A DNA stretch of 64,000 bases, taken from positions 148,345 to 212,344 of the forward strand of contig JANXTZ010000044.1 in NCBI GenBank assembly GCA_025352125.1, written 5' to 3'. This DNA comes from Deinococcales bacterium (lineage in GTDB: Bacteria; Deinococcota; Deinococci; Deinococcales; JAAFIG01). A program made the position numbers and the translations under genes. Shown piece after piece: positions 8,951 to 17,817 of this stretch (positions are counted from its first letter, which is position 1; every line of letters starts with the position of its first letter). The notes beneath the pieces were generated by a model. That model saw only the letters and a program-made list of their open reading frames with translations. It was not told where the DNA came from and searched no databases.

Positions 8951-9142
8951 GCGCCTATAGCTCAATGGTTAGAGCACCAATCTTCTTGACCATAAAACGT
9001 ACCTGTCTTGATCTTGATCCCAAACATGCACCTGATGGGCGGGATCGCTGACGGGCAAGGTCGCTTGTTGACCATAAAACGCACCTGACGGGCATGGTCG
9101 CTTCTAAATTGGCGCATACGGGTTCGAGTCCCGTTAGGCACA
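8951..9142 (+). tRNA. tRNA-Arg(TCT) gene interrupted by a 119-nt insert in the anticodon loop (possible pseudogene or intron-bearing gene)
   Basis: Hand fold after removing 8984-9102. Acceptor GCGCCTA/TAGGCAC has one C2-A71 mismatch. D arm GCTC-AATGGTTA-GAGC. Anticodon stem CCAAT/ATTGG with loop CT|TCTAA. Variable loop CGCAT. T arm ACGGG-TTCGAGT-CCCGT. Discriminator A. No encoded CCA. Confidence 0.7.
8984..9102 (+). repeat. Three copies of a ~37-nt hairpin repeat, one nested inside another, forming the tRNA insert
   Basis: Copy a is 8984-9005 plus 9050-9065 and is split by copy b, 9012-9049 (stem GATCCC/GGGATC). Copy c is 9066-9102 (stem GACCAT/ATGGTC). The consensus is TCTTG-stem-AAAACGCACCTGACGGGC-stem-CGCT. 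Confidence 0.8.
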
Positions 9143-9225
9143 TCAACTTTTAAAGCCCAACTTTCAACAAATACTTTGCATTGAACTCGAGATCGGCTTT
9201 TGTAGAATTCGGGTACGATGAATTT

Positions 9226-9654
9226 ATGAAACGTGGCATTGCGCACATGGCTTTGGTCGTTCGTGATTACGATGAAGCCATCGCTTTTTACACGCAGAAA
9301 CTTGGCTTTGTGGTGCTCGAGGACACGTACCAGCCCGCCCAGGACAAACGCTGGGTGGTGATCGCGCCAGCCGAATCTTGCGGCGCGACCTTGTTGCTGG
9401 CTCGAGCCTCCACACCAGAGCAGGAAGCATTTATTGGTCATCAGGCTGGTGGTCGGGTTTTCTTGTTTCTCGCCACCGATGATTTTTGGCGCGATTACCG
9501 AGGGTTTCTTGCCAAGGGAATACAATTTGTGCGTGAACCCAAGACCGATGATTACGGCACGGTTGCGGTCTTCAAAGATTTGTACGGCAACCTTTGGGAT
9601 TTGCTCGAGTTTGGTATGGATCACCCAATGCGGAAAAGGTTGGAAATTTTTTAA
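9226..9654 (+). CDS. VOC-family (glyoxalase/bleomycin-resistance/dioxygenase fold) protein
   Basis: MKRGIAHMALVVRDYDEAIAFYTQKLGF... and C-terminal FKDLYGNLWDLLE are typical of the family. The ATG at 9226 is preferred over the TTG at 9181. Confidence 0.8.
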   Translation: MKRGIAHMALVVRDYDEAIAFYTQKLGFVVLEDTYQPAQDKRWVVIAPAESCGATLLLARASTPEQEAFIGHQAGGRVFLFLATDDFWRDYRGFLAKGIQFVREPKTDDYGTVAVFKDLYGNLWDLLEFGMDHPMRKRLEIF

Positions 9655-9669
9655 ACTCGCGCTTTTGAT

Positions 9670-10527
9670 TCACTGTTGCACATCCACCGAAACCTCAACC
9701 CCAATCGATTCCACGCCCCCACCGCGCCGCAACCCGCGCAAAGGCGGCACGTCGTCGTAATCACGTCCATGCCCAATTTTGATATGGGATTCATTGATGC
9801 GGGTGTTGTTGGTCGGGTCAAACCCAAGCCAGCCGTAACCTGGTAACAGGCACTCGAGCCACGCGTGGGTGGCTTCCGCGCCCACAAAATCCGCACCAGC
9901 ATAAACGTAACCACTGACATACCGCGCCGGAATGCCGCCAGATCGTGCAACCGCAAGCATGGCGTGGGCGTAATCCTGACAGACGCCAATGCCGCCTTGC
10001 ACAAACTCGAGCAGTGGCGTGTCCACTTTGGTGACACCAGATTGATACCTAAACCTCGAGTGCAAATGCGAGTTCAGACCGTCCAGGTAGGCGACATAAT
10101 CTTCTTCTGGCTCGAGTTGATGCCAGCCCAAAATGCTTGCCCAGTCAAACTCGAGCGGCACGCGAGGGCTGGTGGTCAGGTATTCGATGTTCGGTAACTT
10201 GTGCGCCTCGAGCACGCTGGCGGGTTGCCCTATCGGTTGGGTCATGGCGTGCGTGACCACCAGAGCTTTGGTTTCAATTCTCAAAACCGTGTGTTTTTCG
10301 AGCACGTGAAAGTGATGTAAGGTCGTGCCGTAATAATCCAGGTGCGAGTACACGGGAACGTTTGGCTCGAGTTGCAATCGAAACGACAGCACGGTCTGCC
10401 TCGAGTCTTCAATCGGTTGCAGGCGCAGTTCGTTAAACGAATCAAAGGCGGGTTCGGGGTAACGGTATTCGGTGATGTGATGGATGTTGGCTCGCACCAG
10501 AAGACCTCTAAGAATGGCAGAAAACAA
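9670..10527 (-). CDS. Transglutaminase-like cysteine protease family protein (N-terminal Bact_transglu_N + core)
   Basis: Core motif GVCQDYAHAMLAVARSGGIPARYVSGY with downstream His/Asp (THAWLE...FDPTN). Confidence 0.85.
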   Translation of the reverse strand: MFSAILRGLLVRANIHHITEYRYPEPAFDSFNELRLQPIEDSRQTVLSFRLQLEPNVPVYSHLDYYGTTLHHFHVLEKHTVLRIETKALVVTHAMTQPIGQPASVLEAHKLPNIEYLTTSPRVPLEFDWASILGWHQLEPEEDYVAYLDGLNSHLHSRFRYQSGVTKVDTPLLEFVQGGIGVCQDYAHAMLAVARSGGIPARYVSGYVYAGADFVGAEATHAWLECLLPGYGWLGFDPTNNTRINESHIKIGHGRDYDDVPPLRGLRRGGGVESIGVEVSVDVQQ

Positions 10528-10552
10528 AATTCAAGGTGATCATTTTTCGCAT

Positions 10553-11485
10553 TTAATTGCTAAAATACGCTTGGTACACCGCCGCACCCACCGCGTTAAA
10601 ATCGCCCAGCAGTTGCTCGAGGCTTGGGTTTTCAAGGTCCAAAATCTGGTCAATCTGCGCGTACTCGAGTTTTGCGGCGAGCCAGCCGACTTCGCGCAGG
10701 GCGTCGCGCTTGCCGCTGCGGTTGGCTTGGGCAATCACTTCCAGAGCGGCGCATAATGTTTCGGCGCAGTACCTGACGCTGCGCGGAAAGTCGGGTTCGA
10801 GCAGCAAAAATTCGGCGATGCCGCGAGGCTCGAGGCGGGCTTTGCTTTTGCGGTACGCCTCGTAGGCGCTGGCGGTTTTTAAAACTGCCATCCAACGGTG
10901 ATTCTCCAGCGCTTCGGCGACGGCTTTTTCGCCCGTGTTTTTGTAGCGCACTTGCAAGAGTCGTAACAGTGCATCGCCGCGCTCGAGGTGCTGACCCGCC
11001 TGCAAGAATTGCCAGCCCTGATCGCGGGGCAGCGTGGCGAAGGCAATCCCGAAAAACAGATGGCTGGCGTCGCGCACGGTCACGCAGTATTGGTGCAACT
11101 CGTCGTTGGGCAGAACGTGTTCGGTGCCAAAGCAAAGTTTGTGGTAGGCGCTGTTGATGCACTCCCACATCTCGCTCGAGATGCGGTCACGTAATGCTCG
11201 GGCGTTCTCGCGGGCTTGGGCAATGCAACTGCGGATGCTCGAGGGATTGCTGGGGTCGAACGCCAACCAGTTTGGGACATTTCTGGAATCGGCGCGGTAG
11301 CCTTTGGCTTTGAATTCTTCTTGTGAACCCGTGATTGCCAGCAGGGGAGACCATTGCTGCGTGAACAGCCCTGCACCCTCGAGCGTGGCGTAATAGTTCA
11401 CGTCCAGTAAGCGCGCAATGTTTTCGGCGCGTTCAATGTACCGCGCAATCCAGAATAAATTTTCGGCAACCCGAGAGAGCATCAA
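10553..11485 (-). CDS. Alpha-E domain protein (DUF403)
   Basis: [28 protein letters not shown] is the signature N-terminus of the alpha-E family. It overlaps the upstream ATP-grasp gene by 4 nt. Confidence 0.85.
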   Translation of the reverse strand: MMLSRVAENLFWIARYIERAENIARLLDVNYYATLEGAGLFTQQWSPLLAITGSQEEFKAKGYRADSRNVPNWLAFDPSNPSSIRSCIAQARENARALRDRISSEMWECINSAYHKLCFGTEHVLPNDELHQYCVTVRDASHLFFGIAFATLPRDQGWQFLQAGQHLERGDALLRLLQVRYKNTGEKAVAEALENHRWMAVLKTASAYEAYRKSKARLEPRGIAEFLLLEPDFPRSVRYCAETLCAALEVIAQANRSGKRDALREVGWLAAKLEYAQIDQILDLENPSLEQLLGDFNAVGAAVYQAYFSN

Positions 11486-12996
11486 TCATCACCGCCAGTG
11501 TTTTGCGATTGACTTTGAGATTGGGATTGACTTTGCCCCGACTGTGTTTCCTCGAGCACCCAGGTGTCTTTGCTGCCGCCGCCCTGACTGGAATTGACGA
11601 CCAGGCTGCCGCGCTTTAATGCCACGCGGGTTAAACCGCCTGGGACAATCGTGATTTTTTTGCCGACCAGAATGTAGGGGCGCAAATCCACGTGGCAGGG
11701 TTCAAACGTTCCAGTGTCGGGGTAGTACGTCGGGTGTCTCGAGAGAGCGATGGTGGGTTGTCCGATGTAATTGCGCGGATTGGCTTCAACTTTTTTCATG
11801 AACTCGGTAATTTCTTTTTTGTTGGATGCCGTGCCGACCAACATGCCGTAGCCCCCAGCCTCGCCGACGGCTTTGATCACCAGTTTTTCGGGGTTGGACA
11901 GCATTTCTGCCAAGCCCTCTTTGTCCCAACCCAGGAGCGTTGGGACGTTGGGCAGGATCGGGCGCTCGGACAGGTAATACTCGATCATTTTTGGCACGTA
12001 GGCGTAAATTGCCTTGTCGTCTGCCACGCCCGCACCTATCGCGTTTGCCAGCGCCACGCGACCACTGCGGTATGCCTCGAGCAAGCCTGGCACGCCGAGG
12101 CTCGAGTTGGGATTGAACGCCAGCGGGTCGAGGTAATCGTCATCGACGCGGCGGTAAATCACATCCACCTGCTCGCGCCCAGACGTGGTGCGCATCCAAA
12201 CTTTGCCCTCAGTGACAAACAAATCCCTGCCCTCGACCAATTCCACCCCCATTTGCTGCGCCAGAAAAGCGTGCTCGAAATAGGCGCTGTTGTACATGCC
12301 AGGGGTCAGCACGACAATGGTTGGCTCCTCGACATCTCTGGGCGCGAGCGAGCGCAGCACCTCGAGCAGCACGGTGGTGTAATGCTGGACTGGGCGCACA
12401 CCCTGGTCTTTGAACAGACTCGGCAGGGTGCGGGTCATGGCGACGCGGTTTGCCAGCAGGTAACTGACGCCCGACGGGGTGCGCAGATTGTCCTCGAGCA
12501 CCATGTACGTGCCGTGCTCGTCTCGAATCAAATCTGAACCGACGACGTGGGTGTACAAGCCGTGCGGCAGGTTGACGCCGTGAACCTCGCGGCAAAAATG
12601 GCTGGCTGAAAGCACCAATTCCCTGGGGACAACGCCGTCGTTCAAAATCTCGCCCTTGCCGTAAACATCGCGCAAAAAGGCGTTCAGTGCCAGCACCCGC
12701 TGGGTCAAACCTTTCTCGAGGTGCGCCCATTCTTGCGCGGGAATGATGCGCGGCACAGGGTCAAACGGAAAGGTGCGTTCTGTCCCCTCGGTATCGCCGT
12801 AAACGGTAAAGGTAATGCCTTGATTGCGGAAGCTCAAGTCAGACAGCGTTCTTCGTCGTTCAAATTCTTTGCGCCCCAAAGCTTCAAGTCGCTCGAGCAC
12901 TTGTGCATAATGTGCGCGTGGTGCACCGTTGTCCTCGAACATTTCATCGAAAAACCCGTTTGGTGCGTAACCGTTAAAAACGCCCTCGTTCCCCAT
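11482..12996 (-). CDS. Circularly permuted ATP-grasp type 2 protein (DUF404/DUF407)
   Basis: The length and conserved blocks ([41 protein letters not shown]) fit this family. The unusual C-terminal tail is [19 protein letters not shown]. Confidence 0.8.
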   Translation of the reverse strand: MGNEGVFNGYAPNGFFDEMFEDNGAPRAHYAQVLERLEALGRKEFERRRTLSDLSFRNQGITFTVYGDTEGTERTFPFDPVPRIIPAQEWAHLEKGLTQRVLALNAFLRDVYGKGEILNDGVVPRELVLSASHFCREVHGVNLPHGLYTHVVGSDLIRDEHGTYMVLEDNLRTPSGVSYLLANRVAMTRTLPSLFKDQGVRPVQHYTTVLLEVLRSLAPRDVEEPTIVVLTPGMYNSAYFEHAFLAQQMGVELVEGRDLFVTEGKVWMRTTSGREQVDVIYRRVDDDYLDPLAFNPNSSLGVPGLLEAYRSGRVALANAIGAGVADDKAIYAYVPKMIEYYLSERPILPNVPTLLGWDKEGLAEMLSNPEKLVIKAVGEAGGYGMLVGTASNKKEITEFMKKVEANPRNYIGQPTIALSRHPTYYPDTGTFEPCHVDLRPYILVGKKITIVPGGLTRVALKRGSLVVNSSQGGGSKDTWVLEETQSGQSQSQSQSQSQNTGGDD

Positions 12997-13347
12997 GAAT
13001 AAGTATACAGAGTCGTTTCAAGCCTGACAAGTTTCTCGGGTTACGGTCTTCAAATGTATTAAGGGTTTTGTGATTGAAGTTTAGGCGTTCGATCAAAGCT
13101 TTTCTTGACATGTTCATTTTGGTGTTGATTTCTTGAGTTCCGATTCGATGTAAATCTGATTGTGTTTGGAACGAGGTTTCTGTTGACTGGTAAGCCTTAT
13201 GGGGTATTTGGCGAGGGTAAAAATACGTTTGACACCAGATTATTAAAGAAGTATTTTGTTGAAGACAAAACGATTTAAGCGTCTCGAACCAAACATCACC
13301 TCAAATCACAACGTCATGGTTTCTCGAGATTCAAAAGGAGATTGAGC

Positions 13348-13752
13348 ATGAATAAAGCCACCGAAAGTCGTACCGTCAGTGATTGGAGCATCAATGTTGT
13401 AACGCTTTTTGTTGAAGATTTGGCTGCCACAAAACAGTTTTACCAAGAGGTTTTTGGATTATCCATCACCTTCGAGGATGAAAATTCAGCCGTGTTTAAG
13501 TTCAAAAACATGATGATTAATTTGTTGAAGGTGACAGAGGCAAACGAACTGATTGAACCTGCTATGGTGGCAAACCGTGAATCGGGAGCGCGTTTTGTCT
13601 TCACCATCAATGTCGAGGATGTCGACGCAAGCTGTGAAGACCTGAGAAAACGCGGCGTGGTGTTGCTAAACGGTCCAATGGATCGACCCTGGGGCATTCG
13701 CACCGCCAGCTTCAAAGACCCAGGCGGTTACATTTGGGAGATCGCCAAATGA
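13348..13752 (+). CDS. VOC-family (glyoxalase-like) protein
   Basis: SD AAAGGAG lies 8 nt upstream of the ATG at 13348. Family-typical motifs are VTLFVEDLAATKQFYQEVFGL and C-terminal FKDPGGYIWEIA. Confidence 0.8.
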   Translation: MNKATESRTVSDWSINVVTLFVEDLAATKQFYQEVFGLSITFEDENSAVFKFKNMMINLLKVTEANELIEPAMVANRESGARFVFTINVEDVDASCEDLRKRGVVLLNGPMDRPWGIRTASFKDPGGYIWEIAK

Positions 13753-13793
13753 TCTTGACTGTGCCTCATGTTTGGGCAATCTAGCGTCTAAAT

Positions 13794-15161
13794 TTAAGGT
13801 TTTGGAACTAAATTCTTTGCTTCGAGTGCCAATGCCGCGTACTTGCTGCCCGCATCTTTGCCCAAGAACACCACAATGTTATTTGCTCCCTCAGGGTAGC
13901 GGTACGGCGTGCTGACGCTGACGCCCAGCACTTTGGCATAAAATTCGGCACTCGACGCATCGCCCCATGATCGACGCATGATTTGCGTGGGCGTGCTGGC
14001 AGGCTCGAGGGTGATGACGTTGGCACTTAACCAGCCATGACGCTTTAAGTAATCTGCCATCGCCTCGCCCAAGCCCGGAATACCACTTTGGTTGACCACC
14101 GTCGGAGCGCTGGTTGGCAGCACCAGGTCGCTTGAGGTTGGCGCTTGAGTTAAAACTGTCTCGAGTTTGGCTTTGATGTCGGCGTCGTTTGGAATCAGGT
14201 ACGAACCGGCAATAATTTGCTGTCCAGCCACATTATTTTCGGTGGTTGGGAGGGTGTCAAAGTGCGGGGTCAAACCCCTGGCGGACGCCAGCATTTTTTG
14301 CACCAAATCTGGGGTCACGTTGGTGATGACATCGTTTTGCAATCCCGATATCAAAGTCGGCAACAAGCCAAACGCGGCTGGGCTTTTGACCTTCGCCAGC
14401 AGTTGTCCAATCACATCTTTGCCACGATCCATGCGGGCGTAATCGCTGCCAGTGCCGTGACGAAAACGCAAATATCCGACCGCTTTCTTGCCGTCCAGAT
14501 GCGAATTTCCGGCGGGCAGATCAATATAGAGATTGGCGGCGCGGTCTGTGTATTTCATGGCTTCGGGAAGGTTGACGTTAACACCGCCCAAAGCATCGAT
14601 GACCTTCTCGACCAGTTCAACATTAAAAACCACATAGTAATCGATTCCCACGCCAAGAAGCGACTCCGCCGAGGCTTTTAATTGCGCCACACCGCCTTGC
14701 AGGTAAGGCTCTTCAGCGCCTGGGTCTTTGAGCGCCGTGAATCCAGCCTCGAGCATCGCCGCTTGACCGCCGTCAAAGAAACTCGCGTTGATTTTGTGAT
14801 AGCCGTATTTGTCGTTGACCAGGGTATCTCGGGGAATGGACATCACATCCAAACGCCCAGGTTGAACCCGCACAAACATCATCGTGTCGGTGCGTCCATT
14901 GTAGCGTTCTGCCCCTTTGCAGGGTTCGGCTGCCAAACCGATTGGTCCAAAACCAGGTTTGCAGTAGGCGATGTCTCGCCCAGCAATGATCATGTTGAAG
15001 GTTGGAACGTCACCGCTCGGCGTGTACCAGTTGGGGGTTGCTATGCTGCGTTTTTCGGGTTTGGCTTCGACGATGTAATACGACGCAAGGCTGAGAATGG
15101 CTGCCATCAAGCCACCGACTTGAAAGGCGCGACGCCAGCTCATGCGTTTCTCGAGGTGCAA
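13794..15161 (-). CDS. LytR-CpsA-Psr (LCP) family protein with LytR_C-like C-terminal domain
   Basis: N-terminal TM anchor. LCP core RTDTMMFVRV...SIPRDT...KINASF...LRFRH...D..R. Confidence 0.85.
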   Translation of the reverse strand: MHLEKRMSWRRAFQVGGLMAAILSLASYYIVEAKPEKRSIATPNWYTPSGDVPTFNMIIAGRDIAYCKPGFGPIGLAAEPCKGAERYNGRTDTMMFVRVQPGRLDVMSIPRDTLVNDKYGYHKINASFFDGGQAAMLEAGFTALKDPGAEEPYLQGGVAQLKASAESLLGVGIDYYVVFNVELVEKVIDALGGVNVNLPEAMKYTDRAANLYIDLPAGNSHLDGKKAVGYLRFRHGTGSDYARMDRGKDVIGQLLAKVKSPAAFGLLPTLISGLQNDVITNVTPDLVQKMLASARGLTPHFDTLPTTENNVAGQQIIAGSYLIPNDADIKAKLETVLTQAPTSSDLVLPTSAPTVVNQSGIPGLGEAMADYLKRHGWLSANVITLEPASTPTQIMRRSWGDASSAEFYAKVLGVSVSTPYRYPEGANNIVVFLGKDAGSKYAALALEAKNLVPKP

Positions 15162-15257
15162 AACAATTTAGAATTGAAGGTCAACATGCTTTTCTCTCAA
15201 TCTCTCGAGCCTTGCCAAATACCAGCATAATTTAGGATATGAGCCTGAGGTGATAGT

Positions 15258-15941
15258 TTAGTCGCCGCACTCGAGATCATCGGGAATTTGACCCTCGAGC
15301 TTCAGGCGCTCGAACGCCGCCAGGGTGCGCGGGTGAACGGGCACACCCTTTTTTTGCAGGTATCTCACTTTGCACGCCACCGCCTCAGCAAAAGCTTTTG
15401 GCAAGTCCTGAAATGCCAATTCCCTGATGTGATGGTTGACCCCGCGCCCTGGTTCGGTCACATCGGCAACGTACAGGCACATTGCCAGCAATTTGTCCTC
15501 TCGAGGGGCGGTGGTGTGGTCTTCGACGGCATCCAGAATCTCGGTGTCGTTAAAGCCGTAACCTTCCAAGATCGCCCGTCCAGCCCGCCCATGAACCGCC
15601 AGCGGGTGCGCGGCATCCATCTCGGATTCTGGAGGCGCAAGACGCAGCAATTCCTCGCCTGGCAAATCCCTGGCGATGTCATGCAAGACCCCCGCCAGAT
15701 AGGCTTTGAATTCGTGCAAACCGTTGGAGTGCGCAATGTCTTTGGAGAGTGCTGCCACCCGCAGAACATGCTCGAACCGTTCTGGCTTGACCATGGTGCG
15801 CACCCGCTCGAGCCAGAAGTTTATCGTGTCCGAACCTTCGATGTCAGTTTCGGTAAAGTTGGTGTTTGGTGATGAACTGGTTGACGCTTTTGGGGACGAG
15901 GTACTCAATCGGTGCTCCTTGGGCAATCCGGGCGCGAACAA
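15258..15941 (-). CDS. yqeK: HD-domain hydrolase, YqeK family (bis(5-nucleosyl)-tetraphosphatase-like)
   Basis: RFEHVLRVAALSKDIA...LAGVLHDIARD is an HD motif, and the gene lies directly downstream of nadD as in many genomes. The listed start overlaps nadD by ~100 nt, so the real start is probably nearer ~15850. Confidence 0.75.
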   Translation of the reverse strand: MFAPGLPKEHRLSTSSPKASTSSSPNTNFTETDIEGSDTINFWLERVRTMVKPERFEHVLRVAALSKDIAHSNGLHEFKAYLAGVLHDIARDLPGEELLRLAPPESEMDAAHPLAVHGRAGRAILEGYGFNDTEILDAVEDHTTAPREDKLLAMCLYVADVTEPGRGVNHHIRELAFQDLPKAFAEAVACKVRYLQKKGVPVHPRTLAAFERLKLEGQIPDDLECGD

Positions 15942-16470
15942 TCGTGCTCGAGGCGTTCACACCCAGCCAGTGAAGCTCGAGTGTCCCTGAAGGCAGGGCT
16001 TGTAAAGTATACGGCGCAAAGACCGATTTTGGTTCAGTAACAGCTAAAGAAACACCTCCAGAATTCTCACGGTCTGCGACCACCAAGGTTGCCAGGCGCA
16101 AAATCGTTTCGGGTTCAAACCATGTTTCAAGCGACATTGCCGCGTCGCGCCCCGTCAGCAAGAAAATCTGGCTCTCAGGCTCGAGGTCATGTAGGCGCTC
16201 GAGGGTCTGGGCGGTGTAATGCGGACCTGGGAAGTCAAGCTCGAGGCGTGTGGCTTCCAAAAGCGGGTACTCGAGTGCGGCACGGCGCACCATCTCAAAA
16301 CGTTGCTCTGGCGTGGCTCTGGGGGTTTTGTGCGGCGGGTCGCCGGTGGGCGAGAGCAGTACCTTGTCCAGCCCGAGTTGATAGCCAAATTCGATGGCAG
16401 CCCCCAAATGACCCCAGTGAATCGGGTCGAAGCTGCCACCGTAAAAACCAATTTTACGCGTTTGGATCAA
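15844..16470 (-). CDS. nadD: Nicotinate-nucleotide adenylyltransferase
   Basis: GFYGGSFDPIHWGHL is the (T/H)xGH nucleotidyltransferase motif. ISSTIVR-like SSTIVRARI lies near the C-terminus. Confidence 0.9.
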   Translation of the reverse strand: MIQTRKIGFYGGSFDPIHWGHLGAAIEFGYQLGLDKVLLSPTGDPPHKTPRATPEQRFEMVRRAALEYPLLEATRLELDFPGPHYTAQTLERLHDLEPESQIFLLTGRDAAMSLETWFEPETILRLATLVVADRENSGGVSLAVTEPKSVFAPYTLQALPSGTLELHWLGVNASSTIVRARIAQGAPIEYLVPKSVNQFITKHQLYRN

Positions 16471-16508
16471 GTAACCCTCGTGCCGTCATGATACTCGAGC
16501 GCCCAGTC

Positions 16509-17759
16509 TTAACGTAAGACCTCGAGCGCTTTTTCCAGCATCGCATCGCATCCAGTGCGGTTTATAAGCTCCAGGTCGTCTTTGAGGGCAATATCTGGCG
16601 TGACAAATTCTGGAAAGAACGTGCCGTCTGGTCGGACGCTTTTTGCCGCAGTCATCAGCAAAAACGATCCATCGGAGATTTTGACTCCAGCCACCGCCGT
16701 GTTGGCAACGCCGGCGGTGCGTTCGCCAATCACCAAACCCCGCTTGGCGGTTTGAATGTCCAAACCAAAATACTCGGCTGCCGAGGCGCTCTGGTCATTT
16801 ACCAGAACAGCCATTGGCAAAGTCCACTTGGCGGCTTGCGCGATTTTGTAGGTCAACCGTTTTTGACCGTTGATGACCTGTTCGATACTGCCTTGTCTGT
16901 AGACCGCCTGAAAATTGGCGAGCGGTTGTTTGGACACCAGCCGCCGTTCCAAACCGTCTGGAATAAACGCGCTCACGCCCGCCATCTCGTCCTCGAGATT
17001 GCCACCGCCGTTGTTGCGCAGGTCAACCACAATGGCTCTGGCTTTTTTGGCTTGCGCCTCGAGCACCAGCGCATGGATGGTCTGCCCGACTTTGGGTGTG
17101 GGAATAAAACCTGGCACGCGCAAGACCGCCACGCCATCGTCGCGCAGTTTCAGGCTTGGCAAGCGAAGGCTGGAAATGGTCTGAGGCTCGAGCCGAATGA
17201 CAAAACTTTTGTTTTGCCTGAACACGCTAATCCTGGAGCGACTCTTGATCGATTCGGCAACTTCCCAAGCCTCAAATAATTTCTCAATCGTGGTCAGAGC
17301 TTTGCCATTCAACCCCAAAATCCAATCGCCACGTTTGAATCCAGCCCGTTCAGCGCTCGAGCCTTCGATCATCCCATCGACAAAAACCCTGGATTCTTTT
17401 AACACCCGCAAGTCAAGTCCAAAACCAAGACTCGAACCCGTGCCACTGAAATACGCCAGCACCTTCTTTGCCCCGCCAGCAATAAAATGTGTGTGGATGT
17501 CGTCCAGTTCTTTGATCATGGCATCAACAATTGGATAGGCACTTTCGGCAGGACAAGGGTTTTTGTCTTTGCAGGCGGCATCGAGTTTTGGCTGGTACTT
17601 GTCGGCGAAGCCGCGCACGTTGGCGCTCGAGAATCCCCCGTAATTCAAAACCAGAAAGTAATTCACCTCGTCAAAGACATCTTGTGCGCTGACGGTGGCG
17701 GCGCTTGAAGTGGTCAGGCTGAGAATGGCAAGAACAAAAGCAAAAATAGTTTTTTTCAT
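16509..17759 (-). CDS. S41 family C-terminal processing peptidase with PDZ domain
   Basis: Signal peptide MKKTIFAFVLAILSLTTSSAA. PDZ region (GSSAERAGFKRGDWILGLNG). S41 block VVDLRNNGGGN...SASAAE. Confidence 0.85.
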   Translation of the reverse strand: MKKTIFAFVLAILSLTTSSAATVSAQDVFDEVNYFLVLNYGGFSSANVRGFADKYQPKLDAACKDKNPCPAESAYPIVDAMIKELDDIHTHFIAGGAKKVLAYFSGTGSSLGFGLDLRVLKESRVFVDGMIEGSSAERAGFKRGDWILGLNGKALTTIEKLFEAWEVAESIKSRSRISVFRQNKSFVIRLEPQTISSLRLPSLKLRDDGVAVLRVPGFIPTPKVGQTIHALVLEAQAKKARAIVVDLRNNGGGNLEDEMAGVSAFIPDGLERRLVSKQPLANFQAVYRQGSIEQVINGQKRLTYKIAQAAKWTLPMAVLVNDQSASAAEYFGLDIQTAKRGLVIGERTAGVANTAVAGVKISDGSFLLMTAAKSVRPDGTFFPEFVTPDIALKDDLELINRTGCDAMLEKALEVLR

Positions 17760-17771
17760 GGTTCACCATTC

Positions 17772-17800
17772 AAAAACCCTCGAGCTTTGACACTCGAGGG
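17772..17800 (-). terminator. Rho-independent terminator built from two CTCGAG sites
   Basis: The minus strand reads CCCTCGAG-tgtcaaag-CTCGAGGG followed by TTTTTG, 18 nt after the stop of the 17818..18528 gene. Confidence 0.7.
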
Positions 17801-17817
17801 CGCGAGAGCAGACTGGC

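Noticed and set aside
8984-9102. The tRNA insert as a group I (or group II) self-splicing intron
   Set aside because: At 119 nt it is well below the size of known bacterial tRNA group I introns, and it is wholly explained by three copies of a 37-nt repeat. No P1-P9-like architecture or ORF is evident.
8984-9102. The hairpin repeats as a miniature CRISPR array
   Set aside because: The repeat length (~37 nt) is suggestive, but the copies are directly abutting or nested with no spacers. The other copies are solitary and dispersed, and no cas genes are in the window.
11497-11540. The (SQ)n-encoding region as a DNA microsatellite or phase-variation tract
   Set aside because: The Ser codons differ from unit to unit (AGT/TCC/TCT/AGT/TCG), so there is no perfect DNA tandem repeat capable of slippage.
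11692-12537. 281-aa plus-strand ORF
   Set aside because: It is antisense to the well-supported ATP-grasp gene. Other long antisense ORFs are rejected as shadow ORFs for the same reason: 18890..19705, 31138..31959, 42194..42976, 53687..54409, 27908..28531, 24879..25574, 33445..34224 and 36263..37024.
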